A program made the position numbers and the translations under genes. Source: an uncultured Chloroflexia bacterium (GTDB taxonomy: Bacteria; Chloroflexota; Limnocylindria; Limnocylindrales; CSP1-4). Taken from it: a stretch of 64,000 bases of DNA. Location of the stretch: contig CAWJBJ010000005.1 of NCBI GenBank assembly GCA_963841135.1, forward strand, positions 355,062-419,061, read 5' to 3'. Below the pieces are notes generated by a model. That model made no database searches, was not told the DNA's origin, and saw only the letters and a program-made list of their open reading frames with translations. Below, piece by piece: positions 1-11,591 of this stretch (its first letter is position 1; each line of letters begins with the position of its first letter).

Positions 1-1
1 G

Positions 2-121
2 CACTGGGTCCTGATCGACTTCGGGTCGGTGATCGTCCACATCTTCACGCCGCCCGAGCGCGACTACTACGGCCTCGAGAAGCACTGGTCCGAGGCGAAG
101 ACCGTCCTCCGGGTGCAGTGA
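2..121 (+). CDS. rsfS: Ribosome silencing factor RsfS/Iojap, C-terminal part (truncated by window start)
   Basis: Frame from nt 2 reads HWVLIDFGSVIVHIFTPPERDYYGLEKHWSEAKTVLRVQ*, matching the W(V/I)LxDxGxVxVHIF...R.YY.LE.LW signature. Confidence 0.85.
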   Translation, partial: HWVLIDFGSVIVHIFTPPERDYYGLEKHWSEAKTVLRVQ

Positions 122-214
122 CGCCGCTTCGAGAGCAAGGGGGCCTTCTGCCGGAGGAGCAGGGGTACCGTCGGGTCATGCCGGGATACGAGGACCGACC
201 CCCACCATCCACGC

Positions 215-466
215 ATGTCCGCGCTCCGCGATCGTTGCCCCGCCTGTGGCCGCCGGCTCATCACGACCCGGTTCGACACGACGTTCCGGCTGCCCGACCG
301 GAGCGAGCGGCTGTGCTTCGGCATCCCCGGCGGCCTGTGCGAGGACTGCTCGCAGCTCTACATCGATCCGGACCTGATCGAGCTGCTCGACCTGGGCGAG
401 GGCCGCTGCGTCTTCGCCATCGAGAGCGACCTCGTCGTCCAGGAACAGGCCTGGTCCGCGGGCTGA
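215..466 (+). CDS. Small zinc-finger protein (YgiT/MqsA N-terminal-like zinc ribbon)
   Basis: 83 aa with CPAC and CEDC pairs about 30 aa apart; GxxCxxC preceded by IPG resembles YgiT-type fingers. Confidence 0.6.
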   Translation: MSALRDRCPACGRRLITTRFDTTFRLPDRSERLCFGIPGGLCEDCSQLYIDPDLIELLDLGEGRCVFAIESDLVVQEQAWSAG

Positions 467-490
467 CCGACCCGGCCTGACGCGGCCGGT

Positions 491-1569
491 CTAGGCCGTG
501 CGCCGCTCGCGGCGCGTCGTGTGATCCATCACCCAGAGCGTGAACGCCAGCCGACGCTGTGCCGCGTCCGTCCGACGTCCCGGGCGCCCCCTTGACCATC
601 GCGTCGAGCTCGACGAGGCCGTCGAGCGCGTCGGCCAGCTCGTCGGTCGTCCAGTTCCGCGCCTGGGCCGCGAGCGTGCCGGCCCGGTACTCGCTGTTGA
701 TGCCCATCGCCTTGGCCGCGGTCGCGGCAGCGTTGGCGCCGGCGGCCAGCCGATCGCCGAGCTCGAGCAGCTCGCGCACGCGCCGGTGGAGGACCGCGAG
801 CGAGGACCGGCTCCGGCGGTCGCCGTCGAGCAGCCGCTCGAGGAGCCGCCAGCGCCTGACTCGGTCTCGCCGCTCGCCGACGGCGTCGACGAAGCGCCCA
901 GACCGAGCCCGGGCACGGCCTCGGCGACGAGCGCGCGGACGTCGTCGACCGTGACCGGCGCGCGTCTCGCGGTAGAGCGCGAGCTTGTCGAGCTCCATCG
1001 AGGCGATGCGCGTCTGGTACCGCCGCTCGGCGTCGTTCTGCTGGACGAAGCCGCCGACGCGCTCGGCGAGCTCCTTGGCGGCCCCGGGGCCGAGGCGCAG
1101 GCCGCGCTCGCGCGCCTCGCGCTCGATCCAGCCGGCGAGCGCCGCCGCCCTTCGGCGACTGGTAGTCGCCGGACGCGTGCCGCCGGCCGCCTTGACCGCG
1201 TCGGCCAGCGCTTCTGCGACGGGCCCTTGGCGCCCGACTTCGTCGCCTCGACGAAGACCAGCGCGTTCCCGGGCGCGAGCAGACCCGATCGGCTGCGAGC
1301 GACCGCGTCGCGGCCGACCGTCGTGCGCACGAGCGCGCCCGGGTTGGTCACGACCGCCAGCGTCCCGCCACCGAACATGACCGGCGTCGCGATCCGCTCG
1401 TGGAGCTGCGGCGAGCTGCGGCGTCGCGCTGGCCGATCTCGCCGCGCAGGTCCCAGCGCTCGAGCGGCGCGCCGCCCTCGGTCGCGAGCGCGCCGGCGAA
1501 CCGCTCGACGGCGCGCCCGAGCGACAGGTCGTCGTCGCCCCAGAGGTACGCGAGCGGCGAGGTCGTCAT
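491..1569 (-). CDS. holA: DNA polymerase III delta subunit (frameshifted in this sequence)
   Basis: Fragments MTTSPLAYLWGDDDLSLGRAVERF, IATPVMFGGGTLAVV, and ARNWTTDELADALDGLVELDAMVKG; lies downstream of comEC, a conserved synteny. Confidence 0.8.
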
Positions 1570-2214
1570 GCCGCAGCCGCCGCGCGCGCGGCCCGAAGCG
1601 CCGCTCCGGTCCAGGGCAGCCGCCGGACCTCGGCCGGCGTGATCCCGGCCGCCCGGCAGACGTCGGCCTCCAGCCGCGCCGCGCGGGCACGCACCGCCGA
1701 CATCGCTGACTCGTCCCAGGCGCCGACCGTCGCGCGCGGTCCCTCGCGGACCGTCCCGAGCGGGTACCGCCGCCGCCACGAGGCGAACCGGGCGTCCATC
1801 GACTCGAGGCGCTGGCCCGGCGCGCTTGTCGGCGTAGGCCACGATCCGCTCCTCGCGGCTGCGCGAACGCCGCCCAGCGGCGATAGCGCTCGCCGTCGAG
1901 CAGGCGGGTGACCGGGTGGCCGCGACCGCCCGCGCCAGCTCAGGGTGGCCGCGCCGCGTCAGCCAGCCGCCGAGCCGTCGCCGTGGGGGAGCGCCGCGGG
2001 CCGGATCGTCGGCCGGCAGGACCTTGTCGACGTCGTGGAGCAGCGCCGCGGCCTCGACCAGCCGCCGATCGACCGGCGATCCCGCGCGCCGTCGATCCGC
2101 GCCGCCAGGAAGCCCGCGACCTCGGCGACGGCGCGCGCGTGCCGCACGAACCAGGGCGGCGGATCCAGGGAGAGCAGGAGGGAGGCGGCGTCCACGCGCC
2201 CCGGGAACGGTCAT
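1566..2214 (-). CDS. HD-domain phosphohydrolase (frameshifted)
   Basis: Fragments FVRHARAVAEVA, EAAALLHDVDK, REERIVAYADKR; ATG at 2214 preceded by TACCAT-N7. Confidence 0.75.
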
Positions 2215-4792
2215 CGGCTCGATGGTACCCGACGGTCGGCCCGCCGGCCGCGCCGGACGGGCAACGGCGGCTCGATCGGCATGCGGCGGCGTCCGGCTCC
2301 GGCAGCGAGAGCCGTCGACCGGGATCGGCGCACAGGAAGCGCGAGCGATCGGGCGTCGCGTGCCGAACGCCCGGACGGACGCCGCGACCGTCCGCCCGCC
2401 CTCGGCCCGGACGGTCAGCCCGGATCCGCTCGAACGTCGACGGCCACCGTGCCGTCGCGGTCGGTCCGGAAGACGCGCGCCCCCGCCGCGGCCAGTCGAT
2501 CGAGCGTGGCTCGCGCCGGGTGGCCGTACGGGTTGCCGGCCCCCGCCGAGGCGACCGCGATCCGCGGCCGGACGGCATCGACGAACGCCTGCGTCGTCGC
2601 CGTCCGGCTGCCGTGGTGGGCGACCTTGAGGAGGTCGAGCCGCGGCAGGCCGTCGGCGAGGAGGGACGGGTCGATCGTCCTCCTCGACGTCGCCCGCCAG
2701 CAGGAACCGGCAGTCGCCGACGGCGCCGAGCAGCACGACCGACACGTTGTTGATGCCGGTCCCGCCGTCGGTCGGCTCGGCCGGCACCTGGCCGCGGATC
2801 GGCCACAGGACCCGCAGGTCGATGTCGTCGACGTCCAGCCGGTCGCCGGCGGCCAGGCCGAGCCGCATGCGGCGCGCCCGGTCGTCGTCAGGCGCGACGA
2901 GCCAGGCGGCGTAGCCGGGCCCGGGTCCGCGCATGCCGGGCTCGAAGACGCGACGCGACCTCGTAGCGGTCGAGCAGCAGCGCGAGCCCGGCGACATGGT
3001 CCTCGTGCGGGTGGGACAGGATGACGCGCGTCGATCCGCCGGTCCCACGGCGGGATGCGCCGGTCGAGCGCGACCAGCAGCCGGTCCGGGTCCGGGCCGC
3101 CGTCGATGAGGAGCCGGCCGCCGCGCGATCCCTCGACGAGGATCGCGTCGCCCTGCCCGACGTCGAGGACGGTCACCCGGGCGACGCCGGTCGGGCGACT
3201 GACCACCACCGCGCCCGCGACGACGATGGCGATCACGAGCGCCGCGACCGCCGCCCGAGTCGCGCCGCGACGATCGAGGCGTCGCGGGCTCGTACGCGAC
3301 CGCGGCCTCCGGCTCGATGACGTCGGCGGTGGCGCACGCGGCCGGCGAGCGCGGCCACGCCAGCGCGCATGGACGGCGGCCAGCGCGACGAGCGTCGCGA
3401 TCGCCGCGACCGCGGCCGCCGGGCCCGGAAGCGTGACGCTCGCGAACGGCAGCCCGGCCATCGCGTCGACGATCGCGATCATGAGCCGAAGCAGGACCCA
3501 GCCGGGCGCGGCGAGAACGCTGCCGACGACCGGCGGCAGCGCCGATCGCGACGAGGAACCCGCCGAGCATCGCGACGAGGCCGGCCGCCATCGCCGGCGC
3601 GACCAGCGGCACGACGGCAGGTTGACGACCGGCGAGAGGATCGCAAGCCGCCCGAACGACGCCAGCACGATGGGGAGGGTCGCGGCCTGCGCCGCGAGCG
3701 ACACGCCGAGGCTCTCGGCCAGCCAGCGCGGCAGGCGACCTCGCCCGACCCGGTCGAGCCACGCGGTCAGCGGCGTCGCCCAGGCGATCAGGCCGGCGGT
3801 CGCCAGCGGCGGACAGCTGGAAGCCGGCGTCGCGGACGAGCGCCGGGTCGGCGATGAGCAGGAGCACCGCCGCCCAGCCGAGCGCCGCCGCAGCTCGGCC
3901 GGCGCGACCCGATCTCGCGCGCGAGCAGGACGACGCCCGGCCATCGCGCCGGCACGCACGACCGACGGCCGAGGCGCCCGCGAACGCGACGTAGGCGACG
4001 ATCGCGATCATCGTCAGGACCGATCGACGCCGCCGACGCATCCGTCCGGCCAGGGCGGCGATCGCCGCGGCCACGATCGCGATGTTCCAGCCCGAGATCG
4101 CGACCACGTGGCTGACGCCGGCCGTCGTGAAGGCGGCGGCGAGGTCGCGGTCGACCCGATCGCGAAGACCGATCAGGATCCCGGCGGCCAGCCCGGCCTC
4201 CGGTTCGGGGAGGACCGTCGCCAGCGCGGCCGCCGCCGCGAGTCGGGCGGCCCCGATCGCCTGGATCGGACCCGCCGGAGGGTGCTCGACCGACATCGAT
4301 CGCGCGGTCAACGTGCCGATCGCCCCGATCCGCTCGAGGTACTCGCCGTACGGCGAGTCGGGACGCGGTCGGATGGATCCCTCGATCGTCAGGCGGTCGC
4401 CCGGCACGACCTCCGGGTAGCGCGGGCAGCGTCGCGGCGACGCGGATCCGCGCTGGCTCGTCGCCACCGATCGAGCGCAGCGTCGCGGTCTGCTTGCCGT
4501 CGCGCGGCGCCCCGACCGCCTCGACCTCGAACGCCCACGGCCCGCGGCCATCGGGCACGACCTCGGCGGGCGGGGGAGCCGCAGGCCCGATCGCAAGGCG
4601 GACGAGGAGCAGCGCCGACCCCACGAGGACCACGAGCCCGGAGCGGACGGCCCGCCGCGGGGACCACCACCACGTCAACGACAGACAGCATCCCGCAAGG
4701 AGCGCGGTCGCCGCGGCGGTCGACCAGCCGATGACCGGGACCGCCCAGGCGGCGGCGATCGCCCCGACGGCGAGCCAGCCGCTGCGGGGCAC
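2215..4792 (-). CDS. comEC: ComEC/Rec2 DNA uptake channel with metallo-beta-lactamase domain (frameshifted; 3' end approximate)
   Basis: Competence motif AGVSHVVAISGWNIAIV; MBL motifs VLDVGQGDAIL, IDGGPD, LKVAHHGS, NPYGHP, RTDRDG. Confidence 0.85.
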
Positions 4793-4793
4793 G

Positions 4794-5537
4794 TCAGCCG
4801 ACCGTGACGAGGGGCTTCAGCTGCTCGAAGGTCTTCTCGCCGACGAGCTTGCGCGTCCGCAGGTCGTCGACCGTCGCGAACGGCGCCTCCTCGCGCGCGG
4901 CGATGATCTTGCCGCGGTCACGGGCCCGATGCCCGGCAGCGCATCGAGCTCGGCTTCGGTGGCACGGTTCAGGTCGACGAGTCCGCCCGCCGCCGCTCCC
5001 GATCCCGTGCCCGGTTCGCCGGATCCGGGGCCCGCCACCGGCGCGGCGTCGTCGCGGGACGGGACGCGGACCTGGTCGCCGTCCGAGAGGATCGCGGCGA
5101 GGTTCAGCGCCTGAGCGGCTCGCTCCGTGTCGACGCGCGGCCCGTACCCACCCGCCGCGTCGACCAGGTCACCGACACGTGAGCCAGGCGCCAGCTCGAT
5201 AGACGCCGGGACGAGTGACCGCCCCGACGATCTCGACCACGACCAGTCGCGATCCGTCGGGACCCGCCGTTTCGGCTGGACCGCCAGCGCCGGGCCCTGG
5301 CTCGGTCGTCGATGGCGCATCGAGTGGCGTCCCGCCGGCCACCGAGAGGTCGCCCGCGGCCCCCGACCCGAACGCCAGGACGAATGCGCCGACCGCGAGG
5401 AGCACCGCGCCACAGACCGCGGCGATCGCGCCGCGGGACACACGGGGCGGCGTCGGGTCAGCCGAGCCCGTGTCCGGAGGCGGGCCGGCTGACGACGAGG
5501 CCTCGATGACGCGCCACGGCATGGGGTTCGGGTCCAT
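4794..5537 (-). CDS. comEA: ComEA DNA receptor (TM, SLBB domain, helix-hairpin-helix; frameshifted)
   Basis: [13 protein letters not shown] (SLBB), [38 protein letters not shown] (HhH); directly upstream of comEC. Confidence 0.85.
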
Positions 5538-5573
5538 GCTCGCCCTTCCCCGGCGGGAACGACTCGGCGGGTC

Positions 5574-5635
5574 GACGTCGTGTCATGACGCGACGTCTCG
5601 CCACTTCGGGGGCACTACCGACGCGGCGAGACGTC
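5574..5635. promoter_or_regulatory. Two overlapping inverted repeats upstream of comEA
   Basis: 24-nt near-palindrome GACGTCGTGTCATGACGCGACGTC (5574-5597) overlaps the left arm of an 11-bp repeat, GACGTCTCGCC (5592-5602) / GGCGAGACGTC (5625-5635). Confidence 0.4.
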
Positions 5636-5764
5636 TGCTGGGACGGTAGCGAGCGACTCTTAGCTGCGGCTTATCTTGTTGCGCGCCGAACGGCACGGAA
5701 GCGTGACATCCGCTGACCCGGCTCGGTAGCATCGTGGGGTCGCGTCGAACGGAAGGGAGACCGG

Positions 5765-6160
5765 ATGTTCCTGTTCAAGCGCAAGAAGAAGGAAGACGAC
5801 GAGCCGGTCGATCTGAACGCCCGCTCGCCGGTCACGGGGCTCAAGTACAAGGACATCGCGCTGCTGGGCGAGATGATGAAGAACGGCGCGGACCTGACCA
5901 AGCCTCGGCATGCCCTGTACTACTCGTACTTCGACAGTCAAGAGGTCGCCGAGGCCGGGGCGGTCGAGGGCCGGGCGGCCGGCTATACCTGCGAGGTCCG
6001 CGATCCGCTCCCCGAGTACCCGACGCACTGGTCGATGATCTGCGAGAAGCCGGACGCCCTCCTGGACATCGAAGGTGTCAAGGCTGCGGACGACCTGTTC
6101 CAGGGCATCGCCGACCGCCTCGGCGGCGAGTTCGACGGCTGGGAGGCCGCGGTCAGGTGA
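5765..6160 (+). CDS. RraB-like (ribonuclease E inhibitor RraB/DUF695-type) domain protein
   Basis: 131 aa with GADLTKPR...YF and terminal LGGEFDGWEA typical of RraB-domain proteins; RBS GGGAGA. Confidence 0.6.
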   Translation: MFLFKRKKKEDDEPVDLNARSPVTGLKYKDIALLGEMMKNGADLTKPRHALYYSYFDSQEVAEAGAVEGRAAGYTCEVRDPLPEYPTHWSMICEKPDALLDIEGVKAADDLFQGIADRLGGEFDGWEAAVR

Positions 6161-6187
6161 CCCGGCGACTCCCGATCGCCGCGGCGG

Positions 6188-7115
6188 TCAGCCCTTGAGC
6201 GCCCCGCTCAGGCCGTCGCCGCGCAGGAAGAGGCGCTGGAAGAGCAGGAACAGCGCGATCGGGATGACGCTCGAGATCGTCAGCGCGGCGATGAACACGC
6301 CGAGATCGGTCGTGGGCTGGAGGGTCGGCAGCCGGACCGAGAGCGGCTGGATGTCCGGGTCGCGCAGCACGAGCAGCGGCCACAGGTAGTCCTTCCAGGT
6401 CGCGATCACCGCGAACACCGACACGACCCCCACGATCGGGCGCGACATCGGCAGCACGATCGACCAGAAGAGCCGGAACGGCCCGGCGCCGTCGGTCCGG
6501 GCGGCCTCGAAGATCTCGCGCGGCAGGTTGTCGAAGAAGCGCTTCATCAGGAGGATGTTGAGCGCGCTCGCACCCGCGGGCAGCCAGACCGCCCAGTACG
6601 AGTCGATCATCCGCCAGTGCAGGACCGGCACGTCCACGATCGTCAGGTACAGCGGCACGAGCAGCACGATCGGCGGGACGAACAGCGTCGCGATGACGAG
6701 CCCCGTGAGGACGCCGCTGAACCGGGGCCGCAGGACCGAGAGCGCGTAGCCGGCGGTGGTGGCGACCACGATCTGGATCAGCCACGACCCGACCGCGATC
6801 ACGACCGTGTTGATGAGGTAGCGGTCGATGTGCGTGCGCGACCACGCCCTGGCGAGTTGCTCCAGCTCGAACCCGTTCGGCCACAGCGCCATCGGCGCAC
6901 GGAGCGTGTCCTGGGTCGGGGTGATCGACGACTTGATCATCCACAGCAGCGGCCCCAGGCCGGCGATCAGCAGGAAGACCAGCGTCGCGATGTGGAGGAG
7001 CCGGACCGGGCGGCGGATGCGCGCGCTGGCGCCAGTCCGCCGCGGAGATGATCCCGCGATCCGCCCGCGCGGGCGCCGCGGAGCCCCGGGCCGAACCCGC
7101 CCGGCGCAGGCGCAT
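6188..7115 (-). CDS. Carbohydrate ABC transporter permease (MalG-like; frameshifted near N-terminus)
   Basis: EAA loop LPREIFEAARTDGAGPFRLFWSIVLPMSRP; ATG overlaps the upstream stop (ATGA). Confidence 0.9.
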
Positions 7116-8076
7116 CACGACTCCTTGCTCCACGACCGCGTCAGCCGGTAGTAGCCCGCGGTGAACACCGCGAGGAAGGCGGCCAGCATGAGGCTCAGCG
7201 CCGCGGCCATCCCGTAGTCGCCGCCGAGGCTGTTCTGGAAGGCGTAGCGGTAGATGAGCAGCAGCACGGTGAGCGTGGCATTGGCCGGCCCGCCGCCGGT
7301 GAACAGGAGCGGCTCGGTGAAGAGCTGCGCGGTGGCGATGAGCTGCAGGATCAGCGTCACGAACAGGATCGTCCGGAGCTGCGGCAGCGTGATGTGGCGG
7401 ATCTTCTGCCAGATGGAGGCGCCGTCGACCTCGGCCGCGTCGTACAGCTCGGGCGGCACGGCGAGCAGCGCGGCGAGGTAGATGATCACGGTGCCGCCGG
7501 CCGCCGCCCAGGTCGCCTCGATGACGATCGCGGGCATCGCCGTCCCGGAGTCCTGGAGCCACGGCAGTGGCCCGACCCCGACCCAGCCGAGCGACCGTGT
7601 TGAACACCCCGTGCGCCGAGGCGTCGTAGAAGAACCGCCACAGCAGGACCGACACGACCGGCGGGACCACGACCGGCAGGTAGGCGAGGGCGCTGTAGAG
7701 CCCGCGCCAGCGCCGGACCTCGCTCATGAGGACCGCGAGGATGATCGGGATCGGGAACCCGAACACCAGCGCCAGCAGCGCGAACCAGGCGGTGTTTGCG
7801 ACCGCGATCCCGAACTGCGGGTCGGCGAGGACCCGGGCGAAGTTCTCGAGACCGACGAACGTCGGCTCGGAGACGAGATTGGTCTCCTGCACGCTCATGA
7901 CGAACGCCCGCAGCATCGGGAACCAGGAGAACAGCCCGAACACGACGAGGAGCGGCACGAGGAACACGAACGTGCTCAGCCCATCGCGGGTCAGCCGAAG
8001 CCGTGTCGCTCGGCGCCGGGTCGTCCGCTCGGTGGCTCGGCATCGCCTGGTCGATCGCGCTCATGCCGTCCGCCAT
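7115..8076 (-). CDS. Carbohydrate ABC transporter permease (MalF/UgpA-like; frameshifted)
   Basis: FVGLENFARVLADPQF; EAA loop VPPELYDAAEVDGASIWQKIRHITLPQL. Confidence 0.9.
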
Positions 8077-8093
8077 CGGGTGACAAGGAAAGT

Positions 8094-8116
8094 GGGCCCC
8101 GGCGGCGCCGGGGCCC
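8094..8116. terminator. GC-rich hairpin after the solute-binding protein gene (attenuating or mRNA-stabilising)
   Basis: GGGCCCCGGC-GGC-GCCGGGGCCC, a perfect 10-bp stem between the SBP and permease genes. Confidence 0.5.
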
Positions 8117-8132
8117 GATGGTGGAGCGGGGC

Positions 8133-9579
8133 TCAGCCCGCGTCGAGGATGGCCTGGATCTGCTTGTTGGCCGCATCGAGCAGGGCGTCGATGTCGGCGT
8201 TCTTGTCGGTGAGCACGGCCTGCACGACGGGGTCGAGGGCCGCGTAGAGCTCCTGGGTGTGCGCCGTCGGCTCGGTCACGATCGGCTGATCGAAGATCTT
8301 CGAGGTGAACGGCGTCATCTGGGCAACCGGGACGTTGATGAAGTCCTTGATCCACGTCTGCGAGGCGTCGTAGGTCGCCTTGTCGAAGATCGGCAGCGAC
8401 GGGACGCCGACCGGCTGGTTGTTGGCCTTGAGCGCTGCCGCGTCGGCCATGGCGCCTTCCTCGGTCAGCAGCTTCTGCATGTAGTAGAAGTCGATCCAGT
8501 CGACGGCCGCGTCGCGCTCCTCCTCCCGGGTGACGACGTTGACCGCGGCCAGCGTGCCGCCACCGAGGACCCCGGCGGTCGGGGCGTTCTCGAGCGGGAT
8601 GATCGTGACGCCGTAGTCGTCCGGGTTGAGGCTGTTGTTCTGGACCATCGCGGTGTACAGGTCGGAGCCGCCGGTGAACATCCCGATCTGGCCCGACGCG
8701 AATGCCTGGTTGATGCTGCCCCAAGCGTAGTCGAAGGTCGAGCCCATCGAGCCGTCCACCCAGCGCATCGTCCTTGAGGCGCTGGAGCGCGGCCTTGGTC
8801 GCGGCGTTGTCGACGGTCGCGGTGACCTTGCCGTCCGCGCCGACTTCCTGCATCCGTCCGCCGAGCGCGTACGTCGACGTCGTCAGCTGCCAGCCGCCGG
8901 TGTTCTCGGTGGCCATCTCGGCGTAGCCGGCGACGCCGGTCTTCTCGGCGATCGTCTTGGCGGCGGCGCGGACCTCGTCCCACGTCGTGGGGGGCGTGTC
9001 GGGGTCGAGGCCCGCCGCCGTGAACAGCGTGCGGTTGTAGGTGAGGGACATGCCATAGGCCTGGGTCGGGACGGCATGGATCGCGCCGTCAGCATCCTGG
9101 CCGTTGACGAGGACGTTCGGGTTGAACTTGTCGGCGTAGTCCGAGCGCGCGGATGCGGCTGTCGATGTTGACGATCTGGTGCTGGGCGATCAGGCCCTTG
9201 CCGTCGGTGAACGGGATCGTGAAGACGTCCGGCAGCGTGCCGGCGGCGAGGGCCGCCGTGAAGGTCGGCGCCGTCCAGTTGTACTCCTCGGGCTCGACCG
9301 TGATCCAGGGGTACTTGGCCTCGAACTCGCTGATCTGCAGGTTGAGCGCGTCGACGGCCTCCTGGGTCGCGCCCGGGCGAAGCGCGCCGACCGTGATCGT
9401 GACGGGCTCGCGCTCGGCGGCACTCGGCGCGGCGCTGGCCGCGGTGCTCGGGGCGGCGCTGGCCGCCGCCGACTGGGGCGCTACTGGGTGTGGTGCCGCC
9501 ACAGGCGGCGACGATGGTGGCGATGGTGACGGCGAGGACCGCCAGGACCGACGGCGAGCGCCGGGTCGTCGGACCGCAT
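8133..9579 (-). CDS. Sugar ABC transporter solute-binding lipoprotein, family 1 (frameshifted)
   Basis: RBS GAGGAG; lipobox-like IVAAC; fragments FEAKYPWITVEP, LAAGTLPDVF, LTYNRTLFTAAGLDP, FASGQIGMF. Confidence 0.85.
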
Positions 9580-9687
9580 CGCGTGTGCTCCTCTCATCCT
9601 TCCCACGATGGGCGTGCTACTCCAATCCTCCGATGTCGCGGCGACGTTGTCCTCGCCGCCAAACATGCGTCGTCGTTCGTCGTGGTG

Positions 9688-11439
9688 CTACCTCCAGGCT
9701 GGTCCCGCCGGCGCATCGGGGTCCGGGCGCAGCCAGACCGTCGCGTCGGGCGGAAGGTGGCCATCCGAGACATCGGCGCTCGCGAGCAGCACGCCCCGGT
9801 GGGGCGGCAGCGGGACGTCGCGTCTCCGACAGGTTGGTGAGGTTCACGAATCCCGGTCCGCGCGCGAACGCCAGGACGTCGGGCGCGGACTGCGAGCCAC
9901 GCGAACGGGCCGTCGCCCAGACCGCGGCTCGGCGCGGCGGATCGCCAGCGCCGCGCGGTAGAGGTGGAGCATCGAGTCGGGGTCGGCCTCCTCGGCCTCG
10001 ACGGTCAGCGTCGGCCCAGTGGCCCGGCTGGGTCAGCCACGGCTGACGCGGTCGCTCCGGCGGGACTGAACCCGAACGGCGCGGTCGTCGCCGCTCCACG
10101 GCAGCGGGACGCGGCAGCCGTCCCGACCCGGGTCGACGCCGCCGGACCGGTCGTGCATCGGGTCCTGGATCTCGTCGAGCGGGACCTCGACCTCGTCGAG
10201 GCCGAGCTCGTCGCCCTGGTAGATGTAGAGCGAGCCGGGCAGGGCCGCGGTGAGCAGCGCCGCGGCCCGGGCCCGCCGATCGCCGAGCTGCGGATCGCGT
10301 CGGCGACCCCGAAGCGCTTGCGGCCGAACGCGAACGAGGTGTCCGCGCGGCCGTAGCGCGTGACCGGGCGGGTGACGTCGTGGTTCGAGAGGACCCAGGT
10401 CGCGGGCGCCCCGACCGGCGCGTGGGCGGCGAGGGTCGCGTCGATCGACGCGCGCAGGTCCGCGGCCTGCCACGGCCGCGCCATGAAGTCGAAGTTGAAC
10501 GCGGTGTGGAGCTCGTCTGGCCGCAGGTACTTCGCGAACCGCTCGATGTCCTCCAGCCACAGCTCGCCGACGAGCATCCGCGGTGCCCGGGGTAGGAGTC
10601 GGCGACGGCCCGCCAGGCGCGGTAGATGTCGTGGAGCTCGTCGCGGTCCTGCGTCGGGTGGCTCGCCGGGCGCCGGGTCGGTCCGGCACCTCGGGCATCG
10701 ACGGGTCCTTGACGAGGAGCGCCGCCGAATCGATGCGCACGCCGGCCGCGCCGCGGTCGAACCAGAACCGCAGGATCGCCTCGTGCTCGGCGCGGACGTC
10801 CGGGTGGTCCCAGTTGAGGTCCGGCTGCTCCGGCGGTGAACAGGTGCAGGTACCACTCGCCCGGGCTTGCCGTCGGGGTTCGTCGTCCGGCTCCAGGGCG
10901 TGCCCCGGAACTCGGATCGCCAGCCGGTCGGCGGCTCGTCGCCGTCGGCGCCGCGTCCCGGTCGGAACCAGAACCGGTCGCGCTCGGGGGAGCCCGGTGC
11001 CGGCGGCGAGCGCCGCCTGGAACCAGGGGTGCCGGTCCGAGACGTGGTTGGGGACGATGTCGATGATCGTCCGGATCCCCAGCTCGAGCGCCTCGGCGAT
11101 CAGCGCCTCGGCCTCGCCGAGCGTGCCGAAGGCCGGATCGATCGCCCGGTAGTCGGCGACGTCGTAGCCGCCGTCGGCGAGCGGGGACACGTACCAGGGC
11201 GTGAACCAGATGGCGTCGATGCCCAGGTCGCGAAGGTAGGGGAGTCGCGATCGGACGCCGGCCAGGTCGCCGGTGCCGTCGCCGTTGCCGTCGGCGAAGC
11301 TGCGGACGTAGATCTCGTAGATGACGGCGCTGCGCCACCAGGTCGGGTCGTCCGTGAGCGCGGCGACCGCGCTCGGGCCGGTCGACTCGAACGTCGCGGG
11401 GCGGGGATCGACGAGGTCGGCCACGGCCCGGTCGGTCAC
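9688..11439 (-). CDS. GH13 alpha-glucosidase/oligo-1,6-glucosidase (frameshifted)
   Basis: WWRSAVIYEIYVRSFADGNGDGTGDL, DGGYDVADY, DIVPNH, QPDLNW, GVRIDSA (nucleophile region), LSNHD, GRDGCRVPLPWS. Confidence 0.9.
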
Positions 11440-11528
11440 GCTGGTACCTCGTCGGGGGTCGCGGCGCCGTGCCCGAGCGGCAACGGTTCAGCGGCCGGGC
11501 GCGCAACGTAGCGTATCCGACGAAGTAA

Positions 11529-11543
11529 TGCAAGAACTTGACA
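11529..11543. promoter_or_regulatory. Probable LacI (MalR/AglR-type) operator over the GH13-ABC promoter
   Basis: TGCAAGAACTTGACA, an imperfect palindrome containing CTTGCA on the minus strand, overlapping a TTGCAT -35-like hexamer. Confidence 0.5.
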
Positions 11544-11591
11544 GAAACTAGGAGAGACGCGACAGGACGGCGCTCGGATCGAGGTCGCGCC

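Noticed and set aside
1348-4596. 1082-aa ORF and similar very long Arg/Pro/Ala-rich ORFs (e.g. 9617-11869, 35352-37190, 59896-62418)
   Set aside because: Mosaics of real gene fragments joined by indels, or antisense shadow frames favoured by high GC; no coherent domain.
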